64,000 nt of DNA from Octopus vulgaris (lineage: Eukaryota), in NCBI GenBank assembly GCA_951406725.2, contig OX597824.1, positions 68,634,001 to 68,698,000 of the forward strand, read 5' to 3'. How positions within the stretch are numbered: position 1 is the stretch's first letter; the number at the start of each line of letters is the position of its first letter. The notes below the pieces were generated by a model. It was given only the letters and a program-made list of their open reading frames with translations, did not search any database and had not been told where the DNA came from. The translations under genes were made by a program, and so were the position numbers. Of the stretch, positions 57,645-64,000 are shown piece by piece.

Positions 57645-59415
57645 ATTGTATTGGCATCCTTTCTGTCTCGGGAGACAATGGAGTTGCGCATTTTTTTTTT
57701 TTTTCTAGGTCTAGTCCGGCTGTTATATTTTATTTCCTGTTACATTTCTTGCTGTGGCTGTGTAGTCCTATCCTGGACAAACACTCCCTCTGGCATGTAC
57801 TGCAAATGTAGCGAAGACTGTTCCTGGCTGGTTGTAGTGCCATGGTCTCTTGTTTATGTCTCTTCCTTTCTTTCCATTTCTCCTCTCTCCCTCTGTCACT
57901 CCTCTGTATACCCTCTTTTACTGTTCGTCGCCATTCTCCACTGTTGCCGGCGACTGCCTCCCAACCGCTAATGTTGACGTTGCAGGCCTTCATATCTCTT
58001 TTGCAAACATCCTTGTAACGTAAGATCGGTCTACCCACAGACCTAGTACCCCTAGCAAGCTCTCCGTAGAGTATGTCCTTGGGGATTCTGCCATATTTCA
58101 TACGGCTAACATGCCCAAGCCATCTCATACGTCTTTGTGTGAGGAGTGCAAACATGCTTGGTATTCCTGCTTGCCTGAGGACATCTTTGTTGGGGATATG
58201 ATTCTGCCATTTGATGTGGAGGATTTTTCGGAGGCAGCGCAGGTGAAAGATGTTTAGGCGACGCTCTTGGCGTGTGTATAGCGTCCAGGTCTCGCTTCCA
58301 TACAGTAGAGTGCTGAGTACACATGCCTGGTAGATCTTCATTTTTGTGGTCTTGGTCAGCTTATTGTTGTCCCAAGCCCGTTTGGAGAGTTGGGCCATCG
58401 CAGCAGCTGCCTTGCCAATGCGTATATTGAGCTCAGCGTCAAGGGATAGGTTGTAGGTGACGGTAGAGCCCAGATAGGTAAACTTCTCCACCACTTGTAA
58501 TCTGTGGTCTCCAATATGTATGTTTGGGATGTCCGATGTAGCCTGGCCCATGATGTTGGTCTTCTTAAGGCTGATAGCTAAGCCAAAGTCGTTACATGCT
58601 TGCTCAAAACAGTTAATGAGCCTTTGCAGGGCTTCTTCTGTGTGTGTTACCAGAGCGGCATCATCAGCAAATAACATCTCCTTGATCAGGACGTTTCTGA
58701 TTTTGGTCTTGGCACGCAGGCGCGAGAGATTGAACAGTTTCCCGTCACTTCTACTGTGCAGAAACACTCCATCATCTGATGTCTGAAAGGCATGTGACAG
58801 CAAGAGTGAGAAGAAGATGCCAAACAATGTAGGAGCGAGGACACAGCCTTGCTTTACCCCGTTTTTTATTTGGAAGGCGGCTGATGTTGAACCGTTGTGC
58901 TGTATGGTGCCTTGCATGTCATCATGGAAAGACTTGATGATCCTCAGCAGCTTTGGTGGACATCCGATTTTTTGGAGCAGGAGGAAGAGGCCTGTTCTGC
59001 TTACCGAGTCAAAAGCCTTTGTTAGATCAATGAAGGCCATATATAATGGCATTTTCTGCTCTCTGGACTTCTCCTGAAGTTGGCGTATGGAGAATATCAT
59101 ATCGATAGTTGATCTGCTTCTTCTAAAGCCACACTGCGATTCCGGATAGATTCGAGAAGCAAGTAGTTGTAGCCTGGCCAGGATAACGCGGGCAAAGGTC
59201 TTTCCAACAGTGCTTAGAGGGGATATACCACGGTAATTGTTACAATCACCACGGTCACCTTTGTTTTTGTAGAGCGTAATGATGTTGGCATCCCGCATAT
59301 CCTGAGGGACTGTACCCTCTTCCCAGCACTGACACAGAAGCTCATGAAGGTGCTTCTATATATATGACCGGTTTCTTTCAGATTCCGTCCACCAAGTCCA
59401 CTCACAAGGTTGTGG
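57330..59415 (-). mobile_element. SINE B split at its internal (TA)n by the RTE LINE
   Basis: Tail half at 57330-57600, head-side half at 59357-59415. Confidence 0.7.
57730..59356 (-). CDS. RTE-clade LINE reverse transcriptase, 5'-truncated (no endonuclease domain), uninterrupted frame; 3' UTR and CAATA tail extend to ~57640
   Basis: NYRGIS, QCGFR, FIDLTKAFDSV, GVKQGCVLAPTLF, LFADD, YLGS, LLYGSETW, RWLGHVSRM, C-terminal CxxC..HxxxC; frame extends upstream as KHLHELLCQCWEEGTVPQD. Confidence 0.92.
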
Positions 59416-59556
59416 TTAAATGTCTCAGTCTCTAACGAGTTGACTACAAGATTTGATAATGTAATTTACATTGTGCAGTTAATAATCACCTTATGTTAAA
59501 GAAACATACACAAGATGATGTAGCTAAATATCCTATACACAACACTGTGTAATATA

Positions 59557-60804
59557 TTAGGTCGTCAAGTATGAAATTTGTAGTAAAATTGTAATTTGAC
59601 AGCTGCTCATTTTGAGCCATTGTTATATTTTGACAATCTTTATATTTTGTTAGAAAGCTGACACATCTATTTCTTTATTCTAACTAATTTTGCGCTTTAT
59701 AAAGTATTTATGAATCGTTTTTTACTATTTTTGTTTAGAGATGGATAAATCGGAAATTCGTACAGTTTTGAAATTACAGCATCACAGACAGCTCTGAATA
59801 TTAATCGAGTATTTCATTATAATATTATTACACAGCTGACAGAATCAAATTGGTTTGCAAAATTTCGTTCTGGTCACAAATGAGCAAGGCGGTGGACCAG
59901 AAACAAAGGTGGATAATGACGAACTGAAAACCACAATCGAGTCAGATCCATCTCAAAGTGCCCGTGAATTATCGTTGTTGCTTGGTGTTAGCAAGCAAAC
60001 AATATTGACTCACCTAGTTCAAATCGATAAAGTGAAAAAGTTGGATAAGTGGGTTCCACATGAACTCAATGAAAATCAGAAACCGCAACGTTTGGAAGCC
60101 CGCATTATGCTACTTTCTCGTCACAAAAATGAATCCTTTTTGAATCGAATTGTAACATGTGATGAGAAATGGTCCAATACAACAACCATAAGCGTTCATC
60201 ACAATGGTTGGACAAAGACGAGCCACCAAAACACAGTCCCAAAAGCAAAATTCATCAAAAGAACCTGGTGGCGTGTGTTTGGTGGTATGGCACAGGTGTA
60301 ATCCATTATGATTTCATTAAACCTGGTTCAGCAATCACGGCCGAAGTATACTGCAGCCAACTGGACCAAATGATGCAGAAACTTAAAAAAACAAAGAACA
60401 TCCTAAATTAGCCTACTGATTCACTCCTATTTTAATGCAAGACAACGCCAGACACCGCATCGCAAAAATGACATTCGCGAAACTACAGGAGCTGGAGTTG
60501 GAAGTTCTCCATCATCCACCATACTCAGCTGATCCTGCCCCCACTGACAACCACTTCTTCCAGAATTTGGATAATTTTTTGATAGGAAAAAAATTCAATT
60601 TCGACGGTATTGTAAAACAAGACTTCCAAGATTTTATTGACTAGAGATTGCCAAGCTTTTACAGTTCCGGGCAGGACAAGCTACCGCTGAAATAACAAAT
60701 ATGTATTGACAATATGGGTGCATACTTTGAAGAAAAAAATTATTCCTTGTATTTATAAAAAATTAGCAAACTTTTTTTTTCTACAAATTTCATACTTGAC
60801 CTAA
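59557..60804 (+). mobile_element. Full-length mariner (DD34D) with frameshifted transposase pseudogene (~59741-60735)
   Basis: TIRs TTAGGTCGTCAAGTATGAAATTTGTAG / CTACAAATTTCATACTTGACCTAA with TA flanks; WVPHEL, TCDEKW, QDNAR, HPPYSADPAPTD. Confidence 0.92.
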
Positions 60805-60810
60805 TATTTA

Positions 60811-61190
60811 GGCGCAGGCGTGGCTGTGTGGTAAGCTTGCTTCCCAAACACATGGTTCCGGGCACCTTGGGCAAATGTCTTTATATTATAACCTCGAGCC
60901 GACCAAAGCTTCTTGAGTGGATTTGGTAGACGGAAACTGAAAGAAGCCCGTCGCATATCTATATATCTATGTATATATTTGTGTGTCTGTGTTTATACCC
61001 CCCCCTCACCATCGCTTGACAATCGATGCTGGCGTGTTTACGTTCCTGTAACTTAACGGTTCGGCAAAAGAGACCGAGAGAATAAGTACTCAGCTTACAT
61101 AGAATAAATCCTGGGGTTGATTTGTTCGACTAAAGGCGATGCTCCAGCATGGCCGCAGTCAAATGACTGAAATAAGCAAAAGAATAAAAG
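60811..61190 (+). mobile_element. SINE B
   Basis: GGCGCAGGCGTGGCTGTGTGGTAAG head through the tail. Confidence 0.85.
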
Positions 61191-62090
61191 AATATATATA
61201 TATATATATTGATTGATAGGTAGATAGATGAAAGATAGATATTCTCCATATAGAATACACTTCATAGGGCTTAAGAGATTTAAACTTGAGCAGGTAGGGG
61301 AGTAAATGTAGAGGTAGAAGGGTAAACTAAATACCTCCCAAATCTTGTTTCTAATACACTTAGTTCTCCACAAAATCATTCCATCTTTAATCTCTTTTCT
61401 GTCAACACCGCAAATGTAAAATTCTTCCCTGAAGACGGAAGCTTGTATTATCTAATAATGGAATCAATTTACAATCGCCGTTTTGGACCACCAAGCCCCC
61501 AGAACCAGCTCGCAGAATTCTTATTCAACCTCTTTCATTCTTGATATCATTTCTATTCTGTGTAAGTTGGAGCTTTTTATATGTAAATATATGTACATTT
61601 TTTGTATTAAATGTATTTAATATTTTTTGTATATCGACATGCCTAACTTGCTTGTCCTTACATTTACTCCTCTATACATACATACATACATACATACATA
61701 CATACATACATACATACATACATACATACATACATACATACACACACACATACACATATATATATATACATACATATACATATATACATGCATGCATGCG
61801 TACATGCATACATAGAACAACAACCAGTATCACATTTGCTGAACATGCTAGAAATAACAATTAAATCTTCTATTGCATCCAAAGAGAAGATTAAAGAAAA
61901 GCACGTTAGACACAACATGCAGGGCTTATGACAAAACAAATGTGGCGGTCACGGCTCATGGATAAATAGCTGAATAGATAAATGGATAGACTGATGATAA
62001 ACCTATGATCATAGATCTGCTTAATGAAGAATTTACTAGCTGGCTGGCTGGTTGGCTAAGCAAGGGTTAAATGAAAACAAGAATAAGAAC

Positions 62091-62592
62091 ATAACATGGC
62101 AGTCCTGGTTTAGGACTAATGTTGCTGTAATTTAGCCCCAGGAGACATCGTCTCTAGCTGGTTATACAACACGAACTCAGCTCAAAACAATATCTGTATA
62201 TCGCGATTTCTGGGTTATTTCTCTTCATCAGCACAGAATAATTGCTTGGCTAGAAGTGGCTCATAACGTGAGATATTCAGTAACAGTACTTTGTAGTAAA
62301 GATTGTTTGCCGACATAACATAGCAGTCCTGGTTTAGGACTAATGATGCTGTAATTTAGCCCCAGGAGACATCATCTCTAGCTGGCTATACGACACGATC
62401 TGTGTCCGTATATTTTCGAACAAGAGAATCTAGCACCCCCACACAGCTCAAGACAATCGTATGGCCAGCTAGAGACGATGTCTTCTGGGGCTAAATTACA
62501 GCAACATTAGTCCTAAACCAGGTCTGCCATGTTTTGTTGGCAAACAATTTTTACTACAAAGTACTGTTGCTGAATATCTCACGTTGTGAGAT
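62091..62592. mobile_element. Penelope pLTR-like composite: direct repeats (62091-62173, 62315-62397) plus an inverted copy (62460-62592)
   Basis: CAGTCCTGGTTTAGGACTAATG..GCTGTAATTTAGCCCCAGGAGACATC twice forward and once reversed; hammerhead motif inside. Confidence 0.7.
62193..62237 (-). ncRNA. Type I hammerhead ribozyme motif with canonical core
   Basis: TCTGTG-CTGATGA-agagaaataaccca-GAAA-TCGCGA-TA-TACAGA: 6-bp stem I, palindromic stem III, AUA site; stem II weak. Confidence 0.65.
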
Positions 62593-63356
62593 TTAAAAAC
62601 AGTAATTTCCTAAGAATAAGAACATCGAAAACAGCAGCAACAACAACAACAACAACAACAACCTCAGACACAGCCACCACAGCAACAACAGTAACAGTAA
62701 TAGTAATATTACGACTGTGTCAAGAATTAATAAAAAGAAAAAGAAAATAGCGAACTTCATGGAAATATCAAAATAATTAGGTAAACAAGAACCATTATAA
62801 AAGCCAAGTAATACGAGTGGAACCAGTTTTCTATAAATGTTGTATAAATGTCACTGCAAGAACGGTGAAGAGTCTCTTTCTTTCTTCTTACTGATTTGCT
62901 CAAGGAAAGCGGTAAGCAAATAACCTGGTTACAAAAATAACAAAACTTTGGAAACACACTTCTGATATTTACATTTGGAAATCTTTGTTTTCTTTAGCAT
63001 TGCATTTAGTTTGGTAATTATTTTATCGATTGTATTTGGCGAGTCGTTAGGCTGGGGGACATAAAGGAACATTACGTAAATACACACACACATACGCACA
63101 TATATGTATATATACATACACGCGCACGCACACACACACACGTATATAATAAAAGACACTTACCTAATATGCCATGCAGTGGGACTGAACCCGGAACCAT
63201 GTGGTTGAGAAACAGGCTTCTACCACGCAGCCACGCCTAAAACACAAAAAATTTAAGCCTAACGACTTGACGAACTTTTTTCCTTCTTTCCTTTTCCCTT
63301 TTTTCTTTTCCTTTTTCCTTTTTCTCCCGTCAATATTCTTCTGATAAACTCTAAAT

Positions 63357-63436
63357 CATTCTTACGATGTTTGTTATATGGAACGAGATAAATGCTATTT
63401 TACCTCAAAAATAACAAACTGAAACAGCTGTAAGTG
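63357..63436 (+). ncRNA. Type I hammerhead-like motif with long stem-loop II (G5 mutated)
   Basis: CATT-CTTACGA-t-GTTTGTTAT...ATAACAAAC-t-GAAA-CAGCTG-TA-AGTG; perfect 9-bp stem II, GUA site. Confidence 0.55.
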
Positions 63437-63659
63437 TTATTTCAACTACAATTAAACTATGACCATTTAATACCAATGATCAACTTCTAATTGTTAATTG
63501 GTGGTCCATTTCTTTTTTTATCTGAATACATTAAACCACGGATTATCATTTAAATTACCAACTACTATTAACATTGTAGCAAGGGCTATACATAGTTAGG
63601 TAATACATCAGTAGTGCCTAGGAATACTTTTATCCTTTAGATGGTTGGATAACCTCTAA

Positions 63660-63694
<35 letters not shown>

Positions 63695-64000
63695 GCATTC
63701 CAAAACCGAGTTGCCGTTTTTGACGTATGGGGTATCAAAAGATTCAGTGAGCTTTTGGCTACCAACTAAACTATATTTTCATTCACTTATTTGCATTACA
63801 AAAGTTTAAGATTATCATTTTTCTTTTAGTCACCTGTAGTAAACATCTTTTACTATCACCACCACCACAACGACGATGACGTCACATTTTCTATATATGT
63901 TCGCGCCTTCGTTACGTACGTTAGGCCGATGACTGACATGTGTGTGACGGTGTTTCTGTCTGTCAGTATACATACATTTTTGTGACAACTGACATACACA

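Noticed and set aside
59855-60644. Host SETMAR gene
   Set aside because: No SET domain; TIR-bounded, frameshifted mariner

Overview
AT-rich eukaryotic, animal-type genomic DNA dominated by microsatellites and transposable elements. The SINE and microsatellite landscape resembles octopus/coleoid cephalopod intergenic or intronic DNA (inference). No host protein-coding gene could be supported, and almost all ORF-track entries are microsatellite translations. Recognisable content: three tRNA-derived SINE groups (here called A, B, C); LINE remnants (RTE x3, one with an unbroken ~540-codon frame; a CR1-group 3' fragment; R4/Dong-like RLE fragments); Tc1/mariner, pogo-type and hAT elements; a decayed Penelope-like (GIY-YIG) ORF missed by the ORF track; a tRNA-Glu pseudogene; and a full-length U6 snRNA copy. 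Most notable: (1) several unrelated inverted-repeat or palindromic elements carry type I hammerhead-ribozyme motifs, two families with a U3-A8 core variant. One is bounded by a 13-bp target-site duplication, suggesting non-autonomous Penelope-associated ribozyme elements. (2) The U6 copy is fused after four Ts to the 3' tail of the CR1-group LINE present elsewhere in the window. (3) An 88-nt unique-sequence hairpin pairs a candidate minus-strand exon with its downstream intron. All coordinates were read by eye and may be off by a few bases.
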